A stretch of DNA of 64,000 bases. Source: Myxococcota bacterium (GTDB taxonomy: Bacteria > Myxococcota_A > UBA9160 > SZUA-336). The notes beneath the pieces were generated by a model. The model was not told the origin of the DNA, searched no databases, and worked only from the letters and a program-made list of their open reading frames with translations. Shown here in pieces: positions 1 to 8,015 of this stretch. The stretch covers positions 768,001 through 832,000 of the forward strand of contig CBDFGR010000003.1 of NCBI GenBank assembly GCA_965247115.1, written 5' to 3'. Every line of letters starts with the position of its first letter. The stretch's first letter is position 1. The translations under genes were made by a program, and so were the position numbers.

Positions 1-801
1 TTCAAGCTCCTGTACCTGTTCGTGGATGGCGTCGCCGAGCGCCTGCACACCGGTCAGCGTCGCGAGATGGTGCTGTGTGCCTGGGGCATCACCGACGAGG
101 GCGAGAAGGTTCTCCTGCACCTGAGTCCGGGCACGAAGGAGGACACGGCGAGTTGCACGGCCTTCTTCCAGGACCTCAAACGTCGCGGCCTCGAGGATCC
201 GCTCCTCGTCGTCACGGATGGAGCCCCCGGTCTGATCCGCGCGGTCGAGGAGTGCTTTCCCCGGGCGGAGCGACAACGCTGTTTGGCCCATCGGATGCGC
301 AACCTCGCCTCCAAGATCTCCGAGCCCGACTGGCCGGAGTTTCGCGCCCACGCCAAGGCCTGTTACGAGGGACCCTCGCAAGAGGTCGCTCGTCTCCTGC
401 GCGACGACCTGGTCCGACGCTACGAGAAGACGTTACCTACGGCCGTGCAGTGCTTCATGGATGATTTTGAAGCCTGCATCGCCCACTTGCGCTTCCCGGT
501 AAAACACCGTCGCGTGATTCGGACGACGAACTTACTCGAGCGCCTCTTCCTCGAAGAGCGCCGTCGCATGAAGGCGGTCGTACACGCCTTCGGAGAGCGT
601 GCGGTCTTGAAGCTGATGTATGCTGCGTTGATCCGGAGCGCCGAGTCCTGGCGGGGCATCGCGATCAGCGCCTTTGAAGCCCGACAGCTCTCTGTGATTC
701 GGGAAGAGCTTGACCAGAACCACGAACGCCGTCAGGCTCCCGCCATCCCGTCACGCGAAGCCAATCCCCGGTCCCGCGTTTCCAGCAAGAACCGGACGTG
801 A
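1..801 (+). CDS. IS256-family (Mutator) DDE transposase, 5'-truncated by window edge
   Basis: Motifs YLFVDG, LKRRGL..PLLVVTDGAPGL, QRCLAHRMRN, IRTTNLLERLF.E.RRR. Confidence 0.93.
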   Translation, partial: FKLLYLFVDGVAERLHTGQRREMVLCAWGITDEGEKVLLHLSPGTKEDTASCTAFFQDLKRRGLEDPLLVVTDGAPGLIRAVEECFPRAERQRCLAHRMRNLASKISEPDWPEFRAHAKACYEGPSQEVARLLRDDLVRRYEKTLPTAVQCFMDDFEACIAHLRFPVKHRRVIRTTNLLERLFLEERRRMKAVVHAFGERAVLKLMYAALIRSAESWRGIAISAFEARQLSVIREELDQNHERRQAPAIPSREANPRSRVSSKNRT

Positions 802-803
802 CC
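1..803 (+). mobile_element. IS256-family insertion sequence, right portion (left end outside window)
   Basis: Transposase ORF runs to 801 and ends inside an IR-like terminus ...TTTCCAGCAAGAACCGGACGTGACC (ends 803), typical of IS256-family ends. Confidence 0.85.
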
Positions 804-813
804 CAGGCCAGTT

Positions 814-1423
814 CTACCAGCGTGCGGGTTTTGTGAGCGCGCGGCCTCCTGGTAGCACCAGTGGATCGGGGAACTGGTGCTGGAGATAGCGAGGGGACTT
901 AAGCTTGAACGTGTGTCCCGGGATCAGCTTTTGGAGTTCTTGGTTCTGTCTTGCGAAGGGGAATGCGAAGAAGATCGATTTCTCAGGATAGAGAGCTTGG
1001 GCAGTCCGCACGGCAGGGGCTAGATCCGTGTCGCCAGTCACCAGCACTGCGATATCACATTGGTCTGCATCGAAGATCTCAAGAAGCCTGCAGGCGATTG
1101 CTACATCGGTTTCCTTTTCTTCGTATGCAGGTCTTGAACTTGAACCGCCCAAGCTTGACACGCACACCCGTGGATTTGAGCGCTTCAATATATAGTTGGT
1201 GTCGAGCGGTCGAACCCGGTCGATAGTGGTCTCTGTGGTGAGCGAGCGCTGAGAAGTAGTAGATCCTCTCAAGGGTCGCAGTTCGTCCGATCACGGGGAG
1301 ACACGACTCGAGCAACGATCTGAGATTCAGCCACCGCGTGGATGGATGCTGAGGCAACCTCCGCTCGATCTCCTTGGCGGAGTGATAGACGTTGAAGCCG
1401 TCAACGAGGAAGACGGTCCGCAC
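814..1423 (-). pseudogene. NYN (LabA/DUF88, PIN-fold) RNase, frameshifted near 1125
   Basis: N-half VFLVDGFNVYH...IYYFSA...LGRFK (ORF 1079-1423) and C-half YEEKETDVAIA...VLVTGDTDLAPAV (ORF 814-1272) are in different frames at ACC TGC A TAC GAA. Confidence 0.85.
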
Positions 1424-1441
1424 GCTAGCCCCTTAAATCGA

Positions 1442-1500
1442 GAAACCCCCCAGGCCTTAGCCTGAGGGGGACCAGCGCGCCCGTAGGCCCGGCTGGGGAT
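1442..1500 (-). ncRNA. Putative structured leader/small RNA upstream of NYN gene (two hairpins)
   Basis: Minus strand: CCAGC..gcC-UACG-Ggc..GCTGG (UNCG tetraloop), then CCCCC(T)CAGGC-UAAG-GCCTGGGGGG followed by TTTCT. Confidence 0.45.
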
Positions 1501-1554
1501 GATGTATATTACTTATCGTCCCAACGCTGCGGAAGTCAAGTGGGGATTTCACCG

Positions 1555-1594
1555 AACTCTGCTAAACGGGTAGTCACCGTTTAGCAGAGTTTTA
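1555..1594. terminator. Strong hairpin, probable intrinsic terminator
   Basis: Perfect 15-bp inverted repeat AACTCTGCTAAACGG (1555-1569) / CCGTTTAGCAGAGTT (1577-1591) running into a short T tract; lies downstream of the tRNA-like gene. Confidence 0.65.
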
Positions 1595-1661
1595 AGCCCG
1601 TAACACGCGAAAAACTGGCGTATTGACGCCAGGGAACCGATAATACGGCCGAGTCTTAACC

Positions 1662-1752
1662 GGGTCCCCCGGGAGGGGGCTCGAACCCTCAAGACGCGGA
1701 TAGCGTCGCCCGGTTCCAGACCGGGTGCGTTTGCCAATTCCGCCACCGGGGG
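1662..1752 (-). tRNA. Class II (Leu-type body) tRNA-like gene, atypical anticodon loop TC-TGG-AA
   Basis: Acceptor CCCCCGG/CCGGGGG, D-arm TGGCGGAATTGGCAAACGC, anticodon stem CCCGG/CCGGG, long variable arm GACGC..GCGTC, T-arm GAGGG-TTCGAGCC-CCCTC, discriminator A, 3' CCC rather than CCA. Confidence 0.75.
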
Positions 1753-1884
1753 GTGTCCTAGGCGGATCCGGGGAACGGAGAAGTGGGTGGCCAACCTGAG
1801 CCTCTTCGCCCCCGGACCCTTGGGATCAGGGACGACTAGACGCCCCACGGCCCCTCGCCCGACCTGCTATGCTCAGGGCACCCC

Positions 1885-2157
1885 ATGCAGTGCTTTCTTG
1901 TGGCCATTCCACCGGGTAGCTCCATTAAGGCCCCGTCCATCGGCGAGACGTTTCCCGAACACCATCAGATCATTCCAGGTCTGGTATGGGCCGTGGCAGG
2001 CGACCAACGCACCTGCGTCGATGTGTGCGAAGCACTCGGCATAGGCTCAAAAGAGGGGCCCGAGACGCTCGGAGTGGTTGTCAGGATGGACGAGTACAAC
2101 GGGTTCGCCGACCGTGCTCTGTGGGAAAAGCTGAATGCATGGGAGACGCATGAATAG
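1885..2157 (+). CDS. Small hypothetical moron protein
   Basis: 90-aa ORF opposite to phage late genes, overlapping next ORF; globular-looking, ends YNGFADRALWEKL. Confidence 0.65.
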   Translation: MQCFLVAIPPGSSIKAPSIGETFPEHHQIIPGLVWAVAGDQRTCVDVCEALGIGSKEGPETLGVVVRMDEYNGFADRALWEKLNAWETHE

Positions 2158-2374
2158 TCCCGTCGTCCCCATTCAGCCCCGCGGCAGACCGAGCGGAGGC
2201 AATGGCGGCGGCGATTCCATCGAGGGGCGCTTGCGCGCGGTGGAGCAGCAACTCGCTCGGATCGAAGCCGAACTGCGCCATGTCGCCACAAAGACCTGGG
2301 TGCTCGGCGGCCTGCTCGGTGGCATGGGATTCGCCGCTATGTTGACGATCGCCATCATGAAGCTGTTCCTCTAG
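2150..2374 (+). CDS. Small coiled-coil plus C-terminal TM moron protein
   Basis: GGNGGGDSIEGRLRAVEQQLARIE..LRHVATK followed by a hydrophobic helix. Confidence 0.7.
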   Translation: MNSPVVPIQPRGRPSGGNGGGDSIEGRLRAVEQQLARIEAELRHVATKTWVLGGLLGGMGFAAMLTIAIMKLFL

Positions 2375-2757
2375 ACCGAGCCCCCACGGGGTCGCCCGAC
2401 ACGAGTCTCGCGGCTGTGCGGCGCCTCCCCGTACTTCCAGCCCTGGACATGGAGCCGCGTAGGCTCGTAGTCCTGGCCGACGTACGTGTGGTACTCAGGC
2501 CGCTCGTGCTCGGTCCGCTCGATCGCCATCTGCCGTCCCTCGGGCGTGTCGAAAACGATATCGATCGCCTCCCCCCACCCGGACCCGAACTGGTGCTTGC
2601 TCTTCTCGTGACCGCCCACAAGGGCGTTCCGCTTCTCGGTGCGGCATCCACCCGTCACCGATCCGCCGTACCAGCAGCAGAGCTGCCAGCACCAGAGGAC
2701 GAACTCGCCTACATCGACCCAATCGATCTGGTGCGGCTCCGAGAGAGGTAGGCTCAT
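2371..2757 (-). CDS. Peptidase M15A-like zinc peptidase (endolysin candidate 2)
   Basis: VTGGCRT..RNALVGG...SKH....GEAID ... LHVQ motif set; ATG at 2757 overlaps upstream stop (ATGA). Confidence 0.75.
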   Translation of the reverse strand: MSLPLSEPHQIDWVDVGEFVLWCWQLCCWYGGSVTGGCRTEKRNALVGGHEKSKHQFGSGWGEAIDIVFDTPEGRQMAIERTEHERPEYHTYVGQDYEPTRLHVQGWKYGEAPHSRETRVGRPRGGSV

Positions 2758-3164
2758 GGCGCCAGCGAACGCATCATCCAGCCCGGCTTCCTCTTGTTGT
2801 GCCGGCAGCGCAGGCCCGCTTCCGGGCCGCAGGTATCGTAGGCGCCGAAGTTTCCGCCCACGAAGACCGCGCGGTGGTAGAGGAACCGGACCCAGCGCCA
2901 GCGCCACGGCAGGGATGTGCGGATGTTCTCCTTGAGCTCCCCATCGGCGTCGTTCTTGCGCTGCCACGTCATCGAGCCGGCCGGGTGACAGCGGGTGCAG
3001 TACCTCCAGTCGTGGATCCGGCAGGCCCAGCGGAAGTCGAAGCCGAAGAGATCGTCTGGTGAGCTCGAACAGCCGTCGTCCTGGAAGTGCTCCGGGATCT
3101 CTGCAAGCGTCCGCTTCGCCTCCTCCGGGATCGGCCGCTGCAGTCGGCCGTCTAGGAGCCCCAT
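2754..3164 (-). CDS. Prokaryotic phospholipase A2-like protein
   Basis: DGCSSSPD..FGFDF..AC.IHDW.Y...AD matches the His-Asp catalytic motif of actinobacterial/fungal secretory-type PLA2. Confidence 0.7.
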   Translation of the reverse strand: MGLLDGRLQRPIPEEAKRTLAEIPEHFQDDGCSSSPDDLFGFDFRWACRIHDWRYCTRCHPAGSMTWQRKNDADGELKENIRTSLPWRWRWVRFLYHRAVFVGGNFGAYDTCGPEAGLRCRHNKRKPGWMMRSLAP

Positions 3165-3182
3165 TCCCTTCTCACCCCCCGC

Positions 3183-3461
3183 TCACTCATCGACCTTGAC
3201 GCGGACCGTGATCGGGACCTCGTCCGTTACAGCAGCGGATTTGTCGCTGCATCCGACCCGCGGGACCTCGTCCGCCACGGCAGCGGGTTTGTCGCTGTCG
3301 CTGCATCCGACCCGCAGGGCGTTGCCCATGACCTCGAGCTCGGCCTCGGCGCCGCCTTCAAAGCCGCAGACATCCCACATCACCCAGCCGTGCTCCCCTG
3401 GCCCGATATGCATCGCACAGGCGGGCAGGAGCAGCAGCAACGCGATCATCGCGAGCCCCAT
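3183..3461 (-). CDS. Lipoprotein in lysis cassette (spanin-like)
   Basis: Hydrophobic signal with lipobox LPA-C; internal duplicated RVGCSD..AAV.DEVP. Confidence 0.6.
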   Translation of the reverse strand: MGLAMIALLLLLPACAMHIGPGEHGWVMWDVCGFEGGAEAELEVMGNALRVGCSDSDKPAAVADEVPRVGCSDKSAAVTDEVPITVRVKVDE

Positions 3462-3881
3462 TTATGATCCCTCCGATACGGCCGACTTGTCGTCGAATTC
3501 CAGATGAACGTGACCGACAAGGACGCGCTCTCCCTTACGTTCTCCGGTCCGGATCTCATGCAGGTGCTCTTCGTAGACGACGTCGTACCGGCGCTTGCCG
3601 TGCTTCGCCTCGAGGCGCCCCTGGATCCGGCCAGCCCATGCCGGGCCCTCGATCTCCCACGGCCTAACGATGTTCCACACTCGGATGTCGAAGGCCTGGT
3701 CGTCGTAGTGCCGGCTACCCTTCTTGTGCTTCCCATCGTTCGCGCTCGTGATCACGATGCGGCCGTCGGTCATCACGGGGGCGGTGTCCTGCGCCGCGTG
3801 GAGCATCGCAACCACCTCGGGCTCGAAGTGGCCAGCGTTCAGCTGCACGTCGCCGTTCTTGATCTGGAGCATGGACCGCAT
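3462..3881 (-). CDS. Peptidase M15 (Hedgehog/DD-peptidase fold) endolysin candidate 1
   Basis: VITSANDGKH..GSRHY...AFDIR ... HVHLEFD zinc-binding motifs. Confidence 0.8.
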   Translation of the reverse strand: MRSMLQIKNGDVQLNAGHFEPEVVAMLHAAQDTAPVMTDGRIVITSANDGKHKKGSRHYDDQAFDIRVWNIVRPWEIEGPAWAGRIQGRLEAKHGKRRYDVVYEEHLHEIRTGERKGERVLVGHVHLEFDDKSAVSEGS

Positions 3882-3928
3882 GGAGCACCTCCTGGTCGAG
3901 CACGCCTCAGCCGGAAGCGGCGATCAGA

Positions 3929-4219
3929 TCACCGCGGTTGAAGGCACTCCTGCCACGTGCGCCCCGTCTCCAGCACGCACTCCTCCGCCTCGTCTAGCAT
4001 CTTCTGGCGCATCTTCTGCTGCTCGATGTAGGTCATCACCTCGCCGAAGACCTTGTTCTGGACTTCGGCCTGGGAGGCGAGAGCCCCGCCGATCTGCTCG
4101 TGCACCTTCGCCGCGGACTCTTCGAAGGCAACGCGCTGCCCACCCCAGTAGAAGAGGCTTCCCGTCGGCGTGATGATCGCGAACGCCGCGCCCACGACCT
4201 TTCCCCATCCGTTCAGCAT
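3929..4219 (-). CDS. Single-TM coiled-coil protein (holin or i-spanin candidate)
   Basis: GGAGG RBS before ATG 4219; N-terminal hydrophobic helix then helical region; first gene of lysis region. Confidence 0.6.
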   Translation of the reverse strand: MLNGWGKVVGAAFAIITPTGSLFYWGGQRVAFEESAAKVHEQIGGALASQAEVQNKVFGEVMTYIEQQKMRQKMLDEAEECVLETGRTWQECLQPR

Positions 4220-4265
4220 GTCCGCCTCCCTCGTCGGTCCTGCTGCATGAGCCTTGCCGCAGGAT

Positions 4266-4573
4266 CTAGGGTCCTGGAATCTTCGTAATGAGGGCCGCGA
4301 TGAGTTGCCCTCGGGTCTTCCCTGTCTCGTCCGCCAGCCCGTCGATGAGGCCGCTGATGAACTCACCGAGCCCAACGCAAGCGCACGTGTAAACGAGAGA
4401 TTGGTGCGCGATGGGCCTGGGTCAATCGTGGCAACTCGCCGGCGCCCTTTGTCGCTCCGAGAGCACCATGGCATGTCCCGAGCGTCTCGTTTCTGGACCG
4501 AGTATCAGAATTACGGACTCGGACGGGACGATCGCAGCCACCATCAATGGAGTGGTCGCGCTGAGTCGATCAT
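4266..4573 (-). pseudogene. Degraded tail-fibre assembly chaperone paralog
   Basis: ATG overlapping tail-fibre stop; C-terminal frame LIDGLADETGKTRGQLIAAL resembles LVDELATATGQTRDQIKTK of 6499-6747, but the N-terminal part is broken by stops/frameshifts. Confidence 0.45.
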
Positions 4574-6498
4574 CAGAGCTCCGCGTCGACGTCGATGTAA
4601 GCGCCGTTCGTATTCGACCGAAAGTGAGACCCGTGCCCAGCAACGAAAGGAGTACCACTCACGTCAACTGCGACCCTAAGACGGTCGAACGGGGCCGTGT
4701 TTCCCAGGGCCAGTGTAATGGCGGTCGACACCACCGCTACCGACAGATGCTGAACCTCAAAGTCTGTTGCACTCGACACACTCGCAGTTGGCTGGACTCT
4801 TTTTGGTCGAAAGAGAAGGACGTAGAACCCTGTGTTGGTGTCCTGACAATAGCCATTAGCCAGAACGTCGTTCGCATCACCATTAATTCGCTCAAAGTAT
4901 CTCACTGAATCACGGAATTCCTCGTCCCAGCTCTTGAACTCGAACTCCGTCGCCCTACGGCCTACTTCCAGCTGGACGCGAGACCAACGCATGTCGGCAG
5001 TCCCGCTGGCCAGCAGATTCGCCTGATTGGAGGTCGCCAGCAGATTTCCTGCCTGCCATCCAACGCTGCCGTGAAATGTCGTTCCGCTAGCGACGGCGAA
5101 TGCAACGCCCAGCCCTATCCCCTCGTCTTGCAACCACGTCCCAGCTACATCCCCCGGGATCACGATGGTCTTGTATTCCCAGGTACTAGCTGCGTCGATC
5201 GTGTACTCGGCGAGGTACGTTCGATCCGCCGCACCGTTATGAAGCGAGACGCAGTACGTCCCGGTCAGCGTAGAGTGCGCCCAGAAGCTCAGTGTTGCGG
5301 TCTTCGCACCAGCAGCGCCATACGCAAGGCGATTGACGATGTGACCTTCGATCCGTTGCTGCCACGCAAAGGCGTCGCCCGCCGCCATGGATGCCTGGGC
5401 GGTATCGACGTCGCAGATCATGGAGTGTTCTGACTGTTCATCCGGCGTCAGCGTGGATTGGTTCAGGTCTATCAGGCCAGCGCCGGATGTGAAGGTAAGC
5501 GCAAAGATTCGATCAGGACCGAAGGCGTTGTTCGCGATCTGGTTGAATGCCGTCCCGCGTTGCCAGAGGTCGAAGTTCCCATTCATGAAGAGGTTGCGAC
5601 CGCGCTCGAGCGGGGCGCCGCCAGACTGCGCCGCTGCGAACTCGACCTTCCCCCACGCGTGGTAGTTCGTGCCGTCGTAGTAGAAGTAGGCGATGTTGAC
5701 CGCGTTCGCGGAGGTGTCCCAGCCAGGCTCGACGCCTCCCTCCCAGCGCACGGTCGCCGGCCAGGTGACAGCCCTCCCACCCGTCGCGTCTTGCGTCATC
5801 CGGACGGCCAGAAGCGCCGGTCCCCTCGGAGCTGTGAAGGTGAAGGACACGGCTTCGGTCAGCGTGATCTTCGCCTTGTGACCGACCTTGAAGTCGATCG
5901 TCGCGGCGCCGCCTGAGAACGTGATGGTCTGCTCGTTCAGCAGTGTCTGCGTGAGCGCGGTATCGAGTTGGTCCGCAAGCTCCCCGAGGAAGGTCAATGC
6001 CTCGAGATCCCCGACCCTCACCTTGTTGAAGTTTAGGAGCGTCGAGAAGTCCGTCACGATGGCGTACTCGCGCTCGTTGAGCGTGGACTCCTGGTAGTTC
6101 CCGGTAAGGGTGAAGTTGTCCGTCCCGATCGTGCTCGAGAGGTAGTAGAGGATTCCGGAGTTCTCGATCGAGAAGGGATCCCCGGCGGCGACGCTCGACG
6201 AGAAATCTAGCCCGTTGGACGCGGTCGCCAGCGTGTCGATGACGACCGTCGTCCCCGACCCTCCCCCCGTAATCGTATCGCCGGCAGCAGGGAGCGCTCC
6301 GGAGGCTCGGTAGAAGAAGAGCTGCGAGCCGCCCGTGTCGTCGCGGACGAAGACGCCAACTCCATCCACACCCCAGGACAGGGCTTCGGCTGCAGTGAAG
6401 GGGCCGCCGACCTTCGAGAGGTAGTCGACCGTCCAGATGTGGCGCACGACAGCCGAGCCGTTCTGGACGCGGACCGTACCTTGGTTGAGCTGTGCCAT
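4573..6498 (-). CDS. Tail fibre / receptor-binding protein
   Basis: N-term GTVRVQNGS, QDATGGRAVTWP module, C-terminal RNLFMNGNFDLWQRG...VQLEVG..ATEFE carbohydrate-binding-like domain. Confidence 0.85.
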   Translation of the reverse strand: MAQLNQGTVRVQNGSAVVRHIWTVDYLSKVGGPFTAAEALSWGVDGVGVFVRDDTGGSQLFFYRASGALPAAGDTITGGGSGTTVVIDTLATASNGLDFSSSVAAGDPFSIENSGILYYLSSTIGTDNFTLTGNYQESTLNEREYAIVTDFSTLLNFNKVRVGDLEALTFLGELADQLDTALTQTLLNEQTITFSGGAATIDFKVGHKAKITLTEAVSFTFTAPRGPALLAVRMTQDATGGRAVTWPATVRWEGGVEPGWDTSANAVNIAYFYYDGTNYHAWGKVEFAAAQSGGAPLERGRNLFMNGNFDLWQRGTAFNQIANNAFGPDRIFALTFTSGAGLIDLNQSTLTPDEQSEHSMICDVDTAQASMAAGDAFAWQQRIEGHIVNRLAYGAAGAKTATLSFWAHSTLTGTYCVSLHNGAADRTYLAEYTIDAASTWEYKTIVIPGDVAGTWLQDEGIGLGVAFAVASGTTFHGSVGWQAGNLLATSNQANLLASGTADMRWSRVQLEVGRRATEFEFKSWDEEFRDSVRYFERINGDANDVLANGYCQDTNTGFYVLLFRPKRVQPTASVSSATDFEVQHLSVAVVSTAITLALGNTAPFDRLRVAVDVSGTPFVAGHGSHFRSNTNGAYIDVDAEL

Positions 6499-6747
6499 CT
6501 ACGGGGTCCTTGCTCTCGGCCTACGGCGGTTCCTGATCTTCGTCTTGATCTGGTCCCTCGTCTGCCCGGTAGCCGTGGCCAATTCGTCGACGAGGACGTC
6601 CAAGACGGCGTACCCTTCTAGGTCCTCGTCTGTGGCATCGGTGGTGAGGAGGAGATTCGCGGTCCACTCCGCCTCGATCTCGTCGATCTCGGCCTGCCTA
6701 AGATTGACGCGAATCCCGTTTACCATCCTGTGAGTGGCGGTGGCCAC
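6499..6747 (-). CDS. Tail fibre-associated small protein/chaperone
   Basis: HRMVNGIRVNL..AEIDEIEAEW pattern, between J and fibre. Confidence 0.65.
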   Translation of the reverse strand: MATATHRMVNGIRVNLRQAEIDEIEAEWTANLLLTTDATDEDLEGYAVLDVLVDELATATGQTRDQIKTKIRNRRRPRARTP

Positions 6748-6749
6748 GA

Positions 6750-8015
6750 TCAGGGTCCTCCGATCCCGAACAGCCGAATGCGTCCCGAGCTCATGTTGCC
6801 CGAGCTCATCAGGATCCGGATGTCCGTGATCTGGGACCCGCTGCTCTGATTACCGCCAAAGAGCGAAGTCTGCGAGGTGTTGCCCGCCGCGTCCTGCACA
6901 CCCGTCCCGATGATCCCGAAGCACGGTCCTCCTGACGCCATCCCGTATATCTGGAACTTACAGTTCCAGCCCTCGCCCGTAGCCGTGCCCACTCCCTCAT
7001 TCACCGTACTGCCATTGAGGGCAATTGCGGTGGCACTGTTAAGCTGTCGAGTACCCAACCCGAATTCGTTGTGGTTCAGGCACCGCCAACTATACGTAGT
7101 GGTCGTGAGAAAATTGCTGCCACCATCAGTACTGACACGTACCCACACGAACGTATCATCAGTAGCCGGTACAAGATCCTCGATGAAGACCTCATAGGCA
7201 CCGTACCCCTGGTCGATGTCGAAGTCCGCAGTAGCCGTGCTGCTCAGAGCGGTGTTAACGAGTTGCTCGCCCTGAGTCATCTTGATCATCTCGTCCAGGC
7301 TGAGCGTGCCCAACGTGATGCGATCGGCTGTGATGGTTCGGGAGGCTATATCTCCCGCAACGATGGTCGCTGCCGCAATCTGAGTTGTGGTGATCGTTCC
7401 AGCGACGAGCTTTCCACCTGTGATCGTCGCGCTGGCGATGTTGGCGGCCTGAATCGTGTTCGCCGCGATTTGCGTGGTGGTGATCGTCGCGGCCGCGATC
7501 TCTGTGGCAGTGATCGTATTCGCTGCGATCTTGGCGGCGGTAATCGTGTTGGCGGCGATCTCGCCAGCGGTGATCGTGAGGGCCGCGATCTCGGCCGCCG
7601 TGACCGCATTCGCCTGGATCTTGGGCGTGGAGATCGAGTCATCGGCGATCTTCGTCTCGTCGATGATCGGGATGTCCGGGAGCTCGAGAATCGCTGTCGA
7701 GTGCGTGAGCTCGGAGCTGACGTTCAGCAGCGCCGGGGTCTCGGTGAAGTCGTCGTAGGCGGCGACCTTCAGGTAGTAGGTCGTCCCCGGCTCGACATCG
7801 ATGATCGCCGGCTTCGCGTTCCCCCGGTAGACGAGAGTCGTCTCGTCGGTGGCAAAGCCCGGGCTCTTGCTCATCCAGACCAGGATCCCGGCCCAGTCCG
7901 CGTCCACGGGTGTCGCGTAGCGGAGGAAGAGCGTCTCGAACGTCGAGGTGATCTGGACGTTGCTGAGCGCCCGCGGTGCCGGGTTCTGCACCGTCAGGAG
8001 CGTGAACTCGCTCAT
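6750..8015 (-). CDS. Central tail fibre (J-like) C-terminal part: FN3, ITA.KIAA repeats, receptor domain
   Basis: FN3 motif EPGTTYYLKVAAYDDF; 10-aa repeats. Confidence 0.8.
   Translation of the reverse strand: MSEFTLLTVQNPAPRALSNVQITSTFETLFLRYATPVDADWAGILVWMSKSPGFATDETTLVYRGNAKPAIIDVEPGTTYYLKVAAYDDFTETPALLNVSSELTHSTAILELPDIPIIDETKIADDSISTPKIQANAVTAAEIAALTITAGEIAANTITAAKIAANTITATEIAAATITTTQIAANTIQAANIASATITGGKLVAGTITTTQIAAATIVAGDIASRTITADRITLGTLSLDEMIKMTQGEQLVNTALSSTATADFDIDQGYGAYEVFIEDLVPATDDTFVWVRVSTDGGSNFLTTTTYSWRCLNHNEFGLGTRQLNSATAIALNGSTVNEGVGTATGEGWNCKFQIYGMASGGPCFGIIGTGVQDAAGNTSQTSLFGGNQSSGSQITDIRILMSSGNMSSGRIRLFGIGGP
7320..7660 (-). repeat. 30-bp degenerate tandem repeats encoding I(A/T)ANTITAxx
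   Basis: Period-10 aa repeats IAANTITAAK / IAAATITTTQ in ORF 6750-8015. Confidence 0.85.

Noticed and set aside
1623..1646. Plus-strand sigma70 promoter TTGACG...TAATAC
   Set aside because: Spacer is only 10-12 bp
1662..1752. attL partner of the prophage
   Set aside because: Wrong strand and no sequence match to the selC-type core at 41429-41456
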